64,000 bases of DNA from Anaeromyxobacteraceae bacterium (GTDB lineage Bacteria; Myxococcota; Myxococcia; Myxococcales; Anaeromyxobacteraceae), in NCBI GenBank assembly GCA_047602405.1, contig JASGHJ010000002.1, positions 832,001 through 896,000 of the forward strand, in the 5' to 3' direction. A model generated the notes under the pieces. The model was not told where the DNA came from, did not search any database, and saw only the letters and a list, made by a program, of their open reading frames with translations. The translations under genes were made by a program, and so were the position numbers. Below are positions 41,295-50,907 of this stretch, piece by piece (the first letter of the stretch is position 1; the number at the start of each line of letters is the position of its first letter).

Positions 41295-42180
41295 TCACGC
41301 GAGCGGGGACCCGCCGGTCACGCCCACGATCTCCCCGCTCACGTAGCGGGCCTCGTCCGAGGCGAGGAACACGAAGACGGGCGCCACCTCGGCCGGCTGC
41401 CCGGCGCGCTCGAGCGGCGCGCTCTCGCCGTGCTTCTCCACCTTCTCCTCCGGGAACGACTGCGGGATGAGGGGCGTCCAGAATCGGGCCGGGTGCGACC
41501 CCGTTCACGCGGACGCCCCGCTTCGTGAGCTCCTGCGCGAGCCCCTGCGTGAAGGTCCGGATCGCGCCCTTCGTGGCCGCGTAGTCGAGGATCTGCGGGT
41601 TCGGCCGGTAGGCCTGGATGGAGGTCGTGTTGATGATCGAGGCGCCGGGCGCGAGGTGGGGCAGGGCGTGCCGGACGAGCGCGAACATCGCGAGGATGTT
41701 CACCCGGAACGTGCGCTCGACCCGCGCGGCGTCGAGCGCCTCGGCGTGGTCCACCGCGCGCCCCTGGAAGGCGGCGTTGTTGACGAGCACGTCGAGCCGG
41801 CCGAAGCGCTCGACGGTCCGCGAGACGAGCCGGGCGCACACCTCGTCGAGGTCGGGGCCGCCGAGGTCGCCCGCGAGCGCGAGCGCGCCGCGCCCGGCCC
41901 CCTCCACGAGGCGCACCGTCTCCTCCGCGTCCTCGTGCTCGTCGAGGTAGGCGATCGCGACGTGCGCGCCCTCGCGGGCGTACGCGAGCGCCACCGCCCG
42001 GCCGATGCCGCTGTCGCCGCCGGTCACGAGCGCGACCTTGCCCTCCAGCCGGCCGTGGCCGCGGTAGCTCGCCTCGCCGAAGTCCGGCCGGGGCGACATC
42101 CTGGCCTCCGAGCCGGGGCTCGCCTGCTGCTGCCTCGGGAACGGCGGCTGCCGCTCGGCCTTCCTGGGATCCTTCGTCAT
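41295..42180 (-). CDS. SDR oxidoreductase, YghA/YdaD-like (apparent 1-nt insertion at ~41482)
   Basis: TGGDSGIG, NNA, YAATK; repaired C-terminus PGPIWTPLIP...RAGQPAEVAPVFVFLAS..YVSG. Confidence 0.9.
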
Positions 42181-42265
42181 CCCCCACGATAGGGCGCCCG
42201 AAGCAGTGCGGCCCCGCGCGAGTCGCGCGGGGCCGCGGAGGCTGCCTCGTGGCCGGTCGGGCGGC

Positions 42266-43144
42266 CTACGGGTTCTTCGCGTGGCAGGCTTCGCAGTTCG
42301 ACGACGCGGCCGTGCCCTCGAACGAGGTGAAGATCGTCCCGTCCTTCGGGAGCACCGCCTCGCCCACGCCGTTCACGTGGTGCTCGAGGTCGATCATGCC
42401 GTAGCCCTGGTGGCAGCGCTGGCAGGCGACGGCGGGCGCGGGCGACGGGGAGGTGTGCCAGGCGTGGCCGCCGACGAGCTGGTCGCCGGCGACGGCGCCG
42501 CCGAGCTTCGGCGTGAGGTTGTGGCAGTCGCCGCACAGCATCGAGGCGCCGCCCCAGGTGACCTCCTTGCGCGCCGCGCCCTCGAGCGAGACGCCGTTGC
42601 CGTGGCAGTACACGCTCGAGCACGTCCCGCCCGCGTAGGTCGGCTTCTCGCCGTCGCGCAGGTCCGTGGCGGCGAGCGCGCCGAGCTGCACCTCGACCTT
42701 GCCGTCGATGTGCGCGAGGGAGGTGACCGCCGGGTGGCACTGCTCGCAGGAGAGCCCCTTCGCGAGGATGGTGCCGTTCACGTGGGCCGGGTGCGAACCC
42801 GTCGCAGGCGCGGCCTTCGCCAGGTCGGTCGCCGGGTCGAACGCGGCGACCTGCTCCGTGCCGTGACAGAAGGTGCAGTTCGACTGCCAGTTCGCGAAGC
42901 CCTGCTGCTGGTGGCAGGACGCGCAGCTCGGGCCGAGGCCGTCGATGCCGGTGAGCGCCTCGCCGTGGCACAGCCTGCAGCTCGTGAACTGCGCGGCGAT
43001 CGCCTGGACGCCGTGCTCGGTCTTGAGCGAGAAGTTCTTGGGGTGCGTCCGCTCGCCGCCCTCGACGACGTTGCGCGAGCTGCCGCAGGCGCCGAGGAGG
43101 AGCGCGACGGGGAGCGCCAGGTACTTCTTCGAGCTGATCGCCAT
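42266..43144 (-). CDS. Multiheme cytochrome c lipoprotein (7 CxxCH plus 1 CxxxxCH)
   Basis: LGAC lipobox; CRLCH, CASCH, CTFCH, CEQCH, CSSVYCH, CGDCH, CQRCH, CEACH. Confidence 0.9.
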   Translation of the reverse strand: MAISSKKYLALPVALLLGACGSSRNVVEGGERTHPKNFSLKTEHGVQAIAAQFTSCRLCHGEALTGIDGLGPSCASCHQQQGFANWQSNCTFCHGTEQVAAFDPATDLAKAAPATGSHPAHVNGTILAKGLSCEQCHPAVTSLAHIDGKVEVQLGALAATDLRDGEKPTYAGGTCSSVYCHGNGVSLEGAARKEVTWGGASMLCGDCHNLTPKLGGAVAGDQLVGGHAWHTSPSPAPAVACQRCHQGYGMIDLEHHVNGVGEAVLPKDGTIFTSFEGTAASSNCEACHAKNP

Positions 43145-43309
43145 GGATTCCCTCGGGAGGTCGGGCGCAGGACAGCACGGCCCGATAGGGTCGTGCGTAC
43201 CTTCGCGCGCTTTGTCGCGGAGCGCAAGGTCCTGGGGCCGCAAGCGTTCCGTTACTCCGTCTCAGCCTGTGCGACGCGCTGCGGCCTGAACCCTGGTAGG
43301 AAAGGTGCC

Positions 43310-44524
43310 ATGGCAACCCTGTACCCCTTCCGCGCGCTGAGGCCGCCGGCGCGCCTCGCCGGCGAGGTCGCCTCGCCCCCCTACGACGTCATCTCCACGG
43401 CCGAGGCCCGCACCCTGGCGCGCGGAAAGCCGGACAGCTTCCTGCGCGTGAGCCGGCCGGAGGTCGACCTGCCCGAGGGCACCGACGAGCACGCGGAGCC
43501 GGTGTACGCAAGGGGCGCAGAGAATCTCACCGAGCTCGTCCGCCGCGGCGTGCTCGTGCAGGACCCCGAGCCGCGCCTCCACGTCTACGCGCAGGTGATG
43601 GGCGGCCACCGCCAGGTGGGGCTCGTCGGCTGCGCCTCGGTCGCCGAGTACGACGCGGACGTGATCAGGAAGCACGAGAAGACGCGGGCCGACAAGGAGG
43701 ACGACCGCGTCCACCACGTCGACACGCTCGGCGCGCACGACGAGCCGGTGTTCCTCACCTACCGCGCCGACCGCGAGATCGACGCCGTCGTCGCCGCGGT
43801 CACGGCGGGCAAGCCCGAGGTCGACCTCACGACCGCGGACGGCGTGCGTCACACGACCTGGGTCGTCCCCGCCGACGCCGGCGCGCGCATCCAGGCGCGC
43901 ATGGCGGCCATCCCCACGCTCTACGTCGCCGACGGCCACCACCGCTCCGCCGCGGCCTCCCGCGTGCACGCGAGGCGCAGGGGCACCCCCGGCGAGCACG
44001 ACCGGTTCCTCGCGGTCGTGTTCCCGCACGACCAGATGCAGATCCTCGCGTACAACCGGCTGCTCCGCGATCCGAAGGGGCGGTCGCCGGAGGCGCTGCT
44101 CGAGGCGCTGCGCGCGCGCCTGGACGTCGTCCCCGCCACCGACCCGCGCCCCGAAGGTCCGCTCTCGTTCGGCGTCTACGCCGCCGGCCGCTGGTGGCGC
44201 GCGAAGGTCCGCCCCGGCACGTACGACGCGAAGGACCCGGTGGCCTCGCTCGACTGCGACCTCGCCCAGAACCAGATCCTCGCGCCCATCTTCGGCATCG
44301 ACGACCCGCGCCGCTCGAAGGACGTCGACTTCGTCGGCGGCATCCGCGGCGCCGCCGAGCTCGAGAAGCGCGTGAGGGAGGAGGGCTGGTCGATGGCGCT
44401 CCACCTGTTCCCGACGCGGGTCGAGCAGGTGATGGCCGTCTCCGACGCGGGCCTGATCATGCCGCCGAAGAGCACCTGGTTCGAGCCGAAGCTTCGCTCG
44501 GGCCTCTTCGTGCACGCGTTCTGA
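43310..44524 (+). CDS. DUF1015 family protein
   Basis: PFRALRP, PPYDV, HEKT, YVADGHHR, MPPKSTWFEPKL. Confidence 0.92.
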   Translation: MATLYPFRALRPPARLAGEVASPPYDVISTAEARTLARGKPDSFLRVSRPEVDLPEGTDEHAEPVYARGAENLTELVRRGVLVQDPEPRLHVYAQVMGGHRQVGLVGCASVAEYDADVIRKHEKTRADKEDDRVHHVDTLGAHDEPVFLTYRADREIDAVVAAVTAGKPEVDLTTADGVRHTTWVVPADAGARIQARMAAIPTLYVADGHHRSAAASRVHARRRGTPGEHDRFLAVVFPHDQMQILAYNRLLRDPKGRSPEALLEALRARLDVVPATDPRPEGPLSFGVYAAGRWWRAKVRPGTYDAKDPVASLDCDLAQNQILAPIFGIDDPRRSKDVDFVGGIRGAAELEKRVREEGWSMALHLFPTRVEQVMAVSDAGLIMPPKSTWFEPKLRSGLFVHAF

Positions 44525-44535
44525 GGGAGAGGACC

Positions 44536-44772
44536 ATGACCGCGCTGCGCGTGGTGAAGCGGCTCGACGCCCGGCCACTGCGGGCCCAGGGCATCCACCC
44601 GGTGGACGAGGTGCTCCGCGATCTCGCCGGGCTCGCACCCGGCGAGGCCTACGAGCTCGTGACCCCGCACGTCCCGGGGCCGATCCTCGAGAAGGCCGCG
44701 GCGCTCGGCGTGCGCGGGACGAGCGTCGAGACCGCGCCCGGGGAGGTCGTGACGACGTTCACGCGCGGGTAG
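44536..44772 (+). CDS. DUF2249/TusA-like small protein
   Basis: LDARPL...HP...L..LAPGE..ELV.PH.PGP pattern; SD upstream. Confidence 0.7.
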   Translation: MTALRVVKRLDARPLRAQGIHPVDEVLRDLAGLAPGEAYELVTPHVPGPILEKAAALGVRGTSVETAPGEVVTTFTRG

Positions 44773-44840
44773 CGGGATCATGGATCGGGGTCGCGCCTCG
44801 CCGCGCGCCGCCCCGGGCCGGAGGTGAGGCGGCAGGCCCC

Positions 44841-46010
44841 TCACCCGACCACCCCCGCCGGCCGCCCCCGCGCGACCGCGAGCAGCGCCCCGCCCGCGCC
44901 GACCGCTCCGGCGGCGGCGAGCACCGCCGGCCTGGCATCGCCGAGCCGGTGCGAGAGCGCGCCCGCGAGCGCGGGCCCGAGCATCTGGCCCACGCCGTAG
45001 GCCGCGGTGAGCGTGCCGACCATCCGTCCCGGCGCCTCCGGCGCGAGGCGCCGCGCCGCGGACATGGCGAGCGTGACGATGCCGATGAAGGTGCTGCCGA
45101 AGAGCGCGGCGCCGACCGCCGCGGCGGCGCCGCTCGAGGAGACCGCCGGCAGGGCCATGCCCGCCGCCTGCACGCCGTGCGCGAGCGCCAGGGCGCGGCG
45201 CTCGCCGAGGCGGTCGCCGGCGCCGGACCAGAGGAGCGCCGAGGGCGCCGCGGCGAGGCCCGTGAGCACCCAGGTCCAGGGCGCGAGCGCCTCGAGCCCG
45301 GGCGTGCGGCGCACGGCGGCGACCGCGAAGGTGCCGCTGACGATGTAGCCGAGCCCCTCGAGGAAGTAGGCGGCCGCGAGGACGCGGAAGCCCATCCCGG
45401 CGGCCCTCGCGGGCGCGGCGCCGGCCGGCGCGGCGCGGACGTCCACGGCCGGAGGCCTCGTGCGCGCGAGCGAGAGGAGGCCGGGCACCGCGAGCGCGGC
45501 GGCCGCGCCGCCCAGCACGAGCCAGGGCGCGCCGTACCCGGCCCCGGCCGGCGCGAGCGCCGAGACGGTGCCCGAGAGCGCCATCCCGAGCCCCACGCCG
45601 GCGTACAGCAGGCCCGGCCGCGAGGTCTCCCCCTCGAGCGCCGCCGCGGAGGCGAGCACGAACACGAGGCCGCTCGCGAGCCCGGCGATCGCGCGCAGCG
45701 CGGCCCAGGCGTCCACGTCGGTCGTCGCCGCCGAGCCGAGCGTGGCGAGTGCGGTGAGGACGAGCCCGGCCGCGAGCGCGAGCCCCCGCCGCGGCGAGGC
45801 CGCGAGCCGCCGGCCCACGAGCACGCCGGCGAGGTACGCGACGAGGTTCGCCGACGCGAGCGCGCCCATGACGTCGTCGCCCACGCCGAGCGCGCGCTGC
45901 GTGCCGGGCAGGAGCGCCGTGTACGCGAAGCGGCCGATGCCCATGGCCGCGGCGAGCGCGGCGGCGCCGGCGAGGGCGCGGGCGAGGGGGGAGGAGGTCG
46001 CCCGGGTCAT
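44841..46010 (-). CDS. YbfB/YjiJ-type MFS transporter
   Basis: AMGIGRFAYT.LLP, AYFLEGLGYI, YGVGQMLGP. Confidence 0.88.
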   Translation of the reverse strand: MTRATSSPLARALAGAAALAAAMGIGRFAYTALLPGTQRALGVGDDVMGALASANLVAYLAGVLVGRRLAASPRRGLALAAGLVLTALATLGSAATTDVDAWAALRAIAGLASGLVFVLASAAALEGETSRPGLLYAGVGLGMALSGTVSALAPAGAGYGAPWLVLGGAAAALAVPGLLSLARTRPPAVDVRAAPAGAAPARAAGMGFRVLAAAYFLEGLGYIVSGTFAVAAVRRTPGLEALAPWTWVLTGLAAAPSALLWSGAGDRLGERRALALAHGVQAAGMALPAVSSSGAAAAVGAALFGSTFIGIVTLAMSAARRLAPEAPGRMVGTLTAAYGVGQMLGPALAGALSHRLGDARPAVLAAAGAVGAGGALLAVARGRPAGVVG

Positions 46011-46218
46011 CGCGGTCCACGCATACCACGGCGCCCGAGCCGCGCCGGACCTGGTTCACGCCCCGTGAGGGCCATCCCCGAGATGGCCCTCGTGGGTGTC
46101 GGGGCCACCCCGGGGCGCGCTCCTCCGCGCGCCGACATCACTCCTAGTGAAACATCCGCGCGCGCAGGTGCGCTTCTCCGTGACACCGCCGGCGGGGTTC
46201 GGCTAGCCTCGCCGCGCC

Positions 46219-47778
46219 TTGTCCGCGCTCGTGGTCAATCCGGCGGTCGCGACGGCCCTCGTCAGCGGGGCGGTGAGCGCGGCGACGTCGGCGGCGGCCT
46301 TCGCCATGGGCCACGCCGGGGGCTGGAAGGACTTCCGCCGCTTCGGGTGGGTGGCGCTCACGGCGGCCGGCGTGTCCTTCGCGAACGCGGGCAACACGCT
46401 CGAGGGGCTGTCCGCGGCGTGGATCGGGCGGGTCCAGTTCCTCCTGCTCGCGCTGCACGTCCTCGCCTGGCACGGCTACCTCGGGGCCTGGTCGGGCGTG
46501 GCGCTGGGCCGGCGAGCGGTGGCCGCGCTGCTCGCGCTCACGGCGTTGCCCGGCGCGCTCGGGCTCGTGCCCGGGGCGCTCGGGCTCGTGCCCGGGGCGC
46601 TGTACTCCGACGCGTTCGCGCTGCGGGTCGTGCCGTCGATCGGCGTCGCGTACCGCGACGCGCAGGTGACGTCGACCGGGGGCCTGCTCCTCGCGCTGCC
46701 GTGCGCCGCCGCGCTCTGGGCCTACGGTCGGATCGTGCGCCACGCGCGGCAGGGGGTGCTCGCGCCGCGGGCGCACCTCGCCGGCGGCGCCCTGATGGGC
46801 GCGGTGGCCGCGCACGACGCGATGCTGACCCTCGGGGTGGGGCTCCCGACGCCCTACCTCATCGACTTCGCGTCCTGGGTGCCGATCATCGGGATCGGGC
46901 TCGCCGCGCTGGACCGCGTCGGCCGGTCCTCCGCCGAGCTCGCCCAGCTCCGGGAGCGGCTCGAGGCCCGCGTCGTGGAGCGCACCGCCGAGCTCGCGCG
47001 GGCGAACGCCGCGCTCGGCCGCGCCGAGCGGCTCGCCGCGCTCGGGCAGCTCTCCGCCGGCGTCGCGCACGAGGTCAACAACCCGGCCGCGATCATCTCG
47101 TCGAGCCTCAACTTCGTCGCGCAGGAGCTCGGCCCGTCGACGCCGCCGGAGGTGCGAGGGGCCCTCGACGACGCGAGGAGCGCGGTCGGCCGCATCGCCG
47201 GGCTCACGAGGCAGCTCCTCGTGGCGGGCCGGGCCGCGGCGCAGCCGATGGCGCTCGTGCCGGTCGACGTCGCGGCGTGCGCCCAGGTCGCCGCGCAGGC
47301 GGCCCGCGCCCGCGGCGCCCCGGAGGTGGCGGTGACGCTCGACTTCCCGCCGGGGCTCACCGGGCTCGCGCAGGGCGGCGCGCTCGAGCAGGTCCTCTCG
47401 AACCTCGCGGTGAACGCGGTCCAGGCGATCCCGCGCGGGCGGGCGGGGAGGGTGGCCCTCCGCGGCGAGCAGGCGCGCGAGCACGTCGTCCTCACCGTGG
47501 AGGACGACGGCGAGGGCATGGGGCCCGAGGCGCTGCGCCACCTCGGCGAGCCGTTCTACTCCACGAAGCCGGTCGGCGTCGGCTCGGGGCTCGGGCTCGC
47601 GGTCGCCCGCGGGCTCACCTCGGCGATGTCGGGATCGATCGTCTTCGAGAGCGAGCCGGGCCGCGGGACGCGGGTGCGCATCACGCTCGTGCGGGCGGAC
47701 TCACTTCAGGAGCTTCACCGCGCGCAGGAGGCCGCCCCGGCGCCGGGGCCGGCGCCAGCGCGGGCGCCCCTCGAGTGA
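46219..47778 (+). CDS. Multi-TM sensor histidine kinase
   Basis: AGVAHEVNNP H-box, NLAVNA, DDGEGM, PFYSTK, GSGLGL. Confidence 0.9.
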   Translation: MSALVVNPAVATALVSGAVSAATSAAAFAMGHAGGWKDFRRFGWVALTAAGVSFANAGNTLEGLSAAWIGRVQFLLLALHVLAWHGYLGAWSGVALGRRAVAALLALTALPGALGLVPGALGLVPGALYSDAFALRVVPSIGVAYRDAQVTSTGGLLLALPCAAALWAYGRIVRHARQGVLAPRAHLAGGALMGAVAAHDAMLTLGVGLPTPYLIDFASWVPIIGIGLAALDRVGRSSAELAQLRERLEARVVERTAELARANAALGRAERLAALGQLSAGVAHEVNNPAAIISSSLNFVAQELGPSTPPEVRGALDDARSAVGRIAGLTRQLLVAGRAAAQPMALVPVDVAACAQVAAQAARARGAPEVAVTLDFPPGLTGLAQGGALEQVLSNLAVNAVQAIPRGRAGRVALRGEQAREHVVLTVEDDGEGMGPEALRHLGEPFYSTKPVGVGSGLGLAVARGLTSAMSGSIVFESEPGRGTRVRITLVRADSLQELHRAQEAAPAPGPAPARAPLE

Positions 47779-48171
47779 GCGCTCGAGCGCCTCGTGCGCC
47801 GAGACGTGTCCCGGCCCCGCGACGAGCAGCCCGAGCGCGGCCGCCGCGATCAGGAGGTTGAACTCGTAGCCGCCCGCGGCGTTCTCGAAGCCCTTCTGGC
47901 CGTGCACCTTCGCGATCGCGACCGCCTGGGTCACGAGGATCGCGAGCGCCGCGAGGCGCGTCCCGAGCCCGAGCAGCGCGCCCGCCCCGGAGGCGAGCTC
48001 GGCGAGCCCGGTGGCGCGGACCCAGCGCGGCCCGGGCTTGAGGCCCAGCGACTCGAAGAACGGGCCCATCCCCGCGGCGCCGTCGGCGCGGAGCTTCTGG
48101 CTCCCGTGGTACAGCATCGTCGCGCCGAGCGCCCCGCGCACCGGCACCATGGCGAGCTCCTTCGTCAGCAT
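47701..48171 (-). CDS. DoxX family membrane protein
   Basis: HGSQKL, AELASG, GGYEFNL, GPG.VS. Confidence 0.85.
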   Translation of the reverse strand: MLTKELAMVPVRGALGATMLYHGSQKLRADGAAGMGPFFESLGLKPGPRWVRATGLAELASGAGALLGLGTRLAALAILVTQAVAIAKVHGQKGFENAAGGYEFNLLIAAAALGLLVAGPGHVSAHEALERSLEGRPRWRRPRRRGGLLRAVKLLK

Positions 48172-48233
48172 GCGGTCCCCTCCGAGGCCTCCCAACCTGG
48201 CCACGCGCGGCGACCTGCGCTAGGAACGGCTCC

Positions 48234-48626
48234 ATGACCCCGAAGCAGCGCACCGCCCTCAGGGAGGCCCTCGAGCGCACGAAGGCCCAGGTCACCACCT
48301 CGGCGCCCGCCCGCATCGAGCCGAACCGGACCGACCCGGCCGCGGCGGGCGTCGCCGACGAGGACGCGCAGGCGCTCTCGGAGATGCTCCAGGTGCTCGC
48401 CTCCGAGCGGAACCGCGGCCAGGCGGCGCTCCTCTCGCGGATCGAGAAGGCGCTCCGGAAGCTCTCGGCCGCGCCCGAGGACTACGGCCTGTGCGAGGAC
48501 TGCGAGGAGGAGATCCCGCTCGCCCGCATGAAGGCGATGCCGTGGGCGACGCTCTGCGCCCCGTGCCAGGCGAGGGCCGAGCCCCGCCGCGGCGCGGGGC
48601 GGAAGAGCCTCACCGACTTCAAGTAG
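48234..48626 (+). CDS. TraR/DksA C4 zinc-finger protein
   Basis: YGLCEDCEEEI...R..AMPWATLCAPCQ. Confidence 0.88.
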   Translation: MTPKQRTALREALERTKAQVTTSAPARIEPNRTDPAAAGVADEDAQALSEMLQVLASERNRGQAALLSRIEKALRKLSAAPEDYGLCEDCEEEIPLARMKAMPWATLCAPCQARAEPRRGAGRKSLTDFK

Positions 48627-48628
48627 CG

Positions 48629-49876
48629 CTACGCCGCGTCGAGCGCGGCGCGGAGCTCCGCCAGCAGGTCCCGCCAGTCCTCGACGCCGACCGACACGCG
48701 CACGAGCGCGTCGGAGACGCCGTAGCGCCGCAGCTCGTCCGGGGAGAGCTCGGAGTGGGTGGTCGAGGCCGGGTGGCACGCGAGGCTCTCCACGCCGCCG
48801 AGCGACACCGCGTTCTTCATGATGTGCAGGTGGCGGAGCACGTCGAAGGCGGCCTTCTTGCCGCCGGCGAGCTCGAAGGCGAGCACGCCGCCGGGGAAGT
48901 CGCACTGCGCGTCGCGGATGCGCACCTGCTCGGGGTCGGTGAAGAGCGAGGGGTAGTGGAGCCGCTCGAGCTTGGGGTGGCCGGCGAGCGCCTCGGCGAT
49001 GTGCTGCGCGCTCTTCGACTGCCGGTTCATGCGGAGGTTCACCGTCGGCAGGCGGCCGTCGAGCATCCAGCACTCGTCGGGCTGGAGGATGTTGCCCAGG
49101 ATGGCGCGGGTGCCGCGCAGCCGGCTGATGAGCTCGGGGTCCTTCGCGAGCACGAGCCCGCCCAGCATGTCGGAGAAGCCGGAGAGGTACTTCGTCGCGG
49201 AGTAGACGGCGAGGTCGGCGCCGAGGGGCAGCGGGTGCTGGAACGCCGGGCCCATGAACGTGTTGTCGACGGCGACGATCGGGCGCTCGCGGTGGCGCGA
49301 GGCGGCCCGGACCGCGTCGGTGACGTCGGTCATGACGAGCGTCGGGTTGGCCGGCGTCTCGATGAGCACGAGGCGCAGGTTGGCCGCGCCCTCGATGGCC
49401 GCGCGGATGCCGGCGGTGTCGCCCGCCCGCACCGGGATGCCCTTCATGCCCCACGGCTCGAGGAGCTGGTGGATGAGGTGCTGGGTGCCGCCGTAGATCG
49501 GCGTCGTGTAGACGAAGCTCGCGCCCGGCGCGCAGAAGGTCGTGAACACCGTCGAGATGGCGGCCATGCCCGAGTTGAAGACCGCCGCCGCGGTGGCGCC
49601 CTTCTCGAGGGGCACCACCTGGTCCTCGAGGATCTCGGCGTTCGGGTGCGAGAGGCGCGAGTAGATGAGGTCGACGCTCTCGCCCGGGTTCGCCTGCTCC
49701 TTGCCGAGCGCGATGGAGAACGCGCGCTCCGCGTGCTCCGGGCTCTGGAACACGTAGGTGGACGAGCGGAAGACCGCCGGGCGGGCCGAGCCGACCGACA
49801 GGCGCGGATCGAAGCCGCGGGTCAGGACCGCGGTGTCGGGGCGGACGACGTAGGAGGGCTTCTTGGAGTCGGGCAC
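48629..49876 (-). CDS. PLP-dependent Cys/Met metabolism enzyme (methionine gamma-lyase/cystathionine gamma-synthase family)
   Basis: YSRLSHP, SGMAAI, ETPANP, VDNTF, YSATKYL.G, AVSLGGVESL. Confidence 0.9.
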   Translation of the reverse strand: MPDSKKPSYVVRPDTAVLTRGFDPRLSVGSARPAVFRSSTYVFQSPEHAERAFSIALGKEQANPGESVDLIYSRLSHPNAEILEDQVVPLEKGATAAAVFNSGMAAISTVFTTFCAPGASFVYTTPIYGGTQHLIHQLLEPWGMKGIPVRAGDTAGIRAAIEGAANLRLVLIETPANPTLVMTDVTDAVRAASRHRERPIVAVDNTFMGPAFQHPLPLGADLAVYSATKYLSGFSDMLGGLVLAKDPELISRLRGTRAILGNILQPDECWMLDGRLPTVNLRMNRQSKSAQHIAEALAGHPKLERLHYPSLFTDPEQVRIRDAQCDFPGGVLAFELAGGKKAAFDVLRHLHIMKNAVSLGGVESLACHPASTTHSELSPDELRRYGVSDALVRVSVGVEDWRDLLAELRAALDAA

Positions 49877-49996
49877 GGTGGCGTCCTCCGGTTGGCCGGG
49901 GCGCAGCCTCCGCCCCAGCGTGGGGTGCGAACGGGCGCACCATACCCCGTCCCGTCCGGGATGAAACAACCCGGCCGGGCCTGCGTAAGTCAGGGC

Positions 49997-50203
49997 ATGG
50001 TCGGCTTCCTGCTGTGGCTGCTCCTCTTCATCGTCTGCTGGCCGCTCGCGCTCCTCGCGCTCGTGCTGTACCCGCTCGTCTGGCTCGTGCTCCTCCCGTT
50101 CCGCATCCTCGGGATCGCGGTCGACGGCGTGCTCGGGCTCCTGAAGGCGATCCTGTGGCTGCCGGCGCGCCTCCTCGGCGGGCCGAGGGCGGTGCGGGGC
50201 TGA
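49997..50203 (+). CDS. Small hydrophobic membrane protein
   Basis: MVGFLLWLLLFIVCWPLALLALVLYPLVWLVLLPFR...; coherent GC3 bias. Confidence 0.7.
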   Translation: MVGFLLWLLLFIVCWPLALLALVLYPLVWLVLLPFRILGIAVDGVLGLLKAILWLPARLLGGPRAVRG

Positions 50204-50215
50204 CGGGCCGGGGGC

Positions 50216-50758
50216 TCAGCGCCGGGCGAGCGTGCGTGCGTTCGCCCGGACCACGCCCGCGCCGAGGTAGACCGCGAACGCGGACCACGCCAGGTACGGC
50301 ACGACGAGCGCCGCCGCGCCCCGGTCGACCCGGCGCGCGGCGAGCGCGTACGCGCCCACCGCCGGCACGAGCGCGCCCACCACCGCGAGCGCGGCGCGGG
50401 GCCGGCGCGCGCCGAAGAAGAGCGGCGACCACGAGGCGTTGAGCGCGAGCTGGGTCCCCCAGAGCGCCAGCGCGGCGCCGCGGCCCGGCCGCGTGCTCCT
50501 CCACACCCGGTAGGCGCTCCAGGCCATCGACGCGTAGAGCGCCGTCCAGACCGGGCCGAACGCGGCGCGCGGCGGCTGCGCCGCGGGCTTGCGGAGGAGC
50601 GCGTACCAGGGACGACGGGAGCCTGCGCGCGAGGCGGCGCCTCCGATCGCGGAGGCGCCGGTCACGAGGCCGGCGAAGGCGGCCGCGGCGGCGAGCCGGC
50701 GCGCCGTGCCGGGCCCGGGAGCCGGGCCGGGTGGCCACGTGGCGATGACGGGCTCCAT
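50216..50758 (-). CDS. tspO: TspO/MBR tryptophan-rich sensory protein
   Basis: WY..L.KP..QPP..AFGPVWT.LY, QLALN..WS..FF, PYLAW..FA. Confidence 0.9.
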   Translation of the reverse strand: MEPVIATWPPGPAPGPGTARRLAAAAAFAGLVTGASAIGGAASRAGSRRPWYALLRKPAAQPPRAAFGPVWTALYASMAWSAYRVWRSTRPGRGAALALWGTQLALNASWSPLFFGARRPRAALAVVGALVPAVGAYALAARRVDRGAAALVVPYLAWSAFAVYLGAGVVRANARTLARR

Positions 50759-50907
50759 CCCCGGACGATGCGCACGTTCCGGGGAGGACGCCGCCGAGGG
50801 TCCGCTCACCCCGCCGGGTTCGCCGCGCCGCGTCGGGGTCCCGCGCGGCTGCACCCGGAGGGACGCTGTGAACCTGCGGTGCGGCCGGGTTAGGAAGTCG
50901 CCCACGC

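Noticed and set aside
40069..42180. 703-aa ORF suggesting an SDR-acyltransferase fusion
   Set aside because: Produced by a 1-nt insertion at GA(A)TC 41481. The repaired SDR ends normally at 41295 and the acyltransferase has its own start.
46549..46602. 21-bp tandem duplication (PGALGLV twice) in the histidine kinase
   Set aside because: A small in-frame slippage event in a TM or loop region with no wider significance.
47701..47778. 78-bp overlap of the convergent histidine kinase and DoxX 3' ends
   Set aside because: Low-complexity tail run-on is common in high-GC genomes, and nothing suggests a function.
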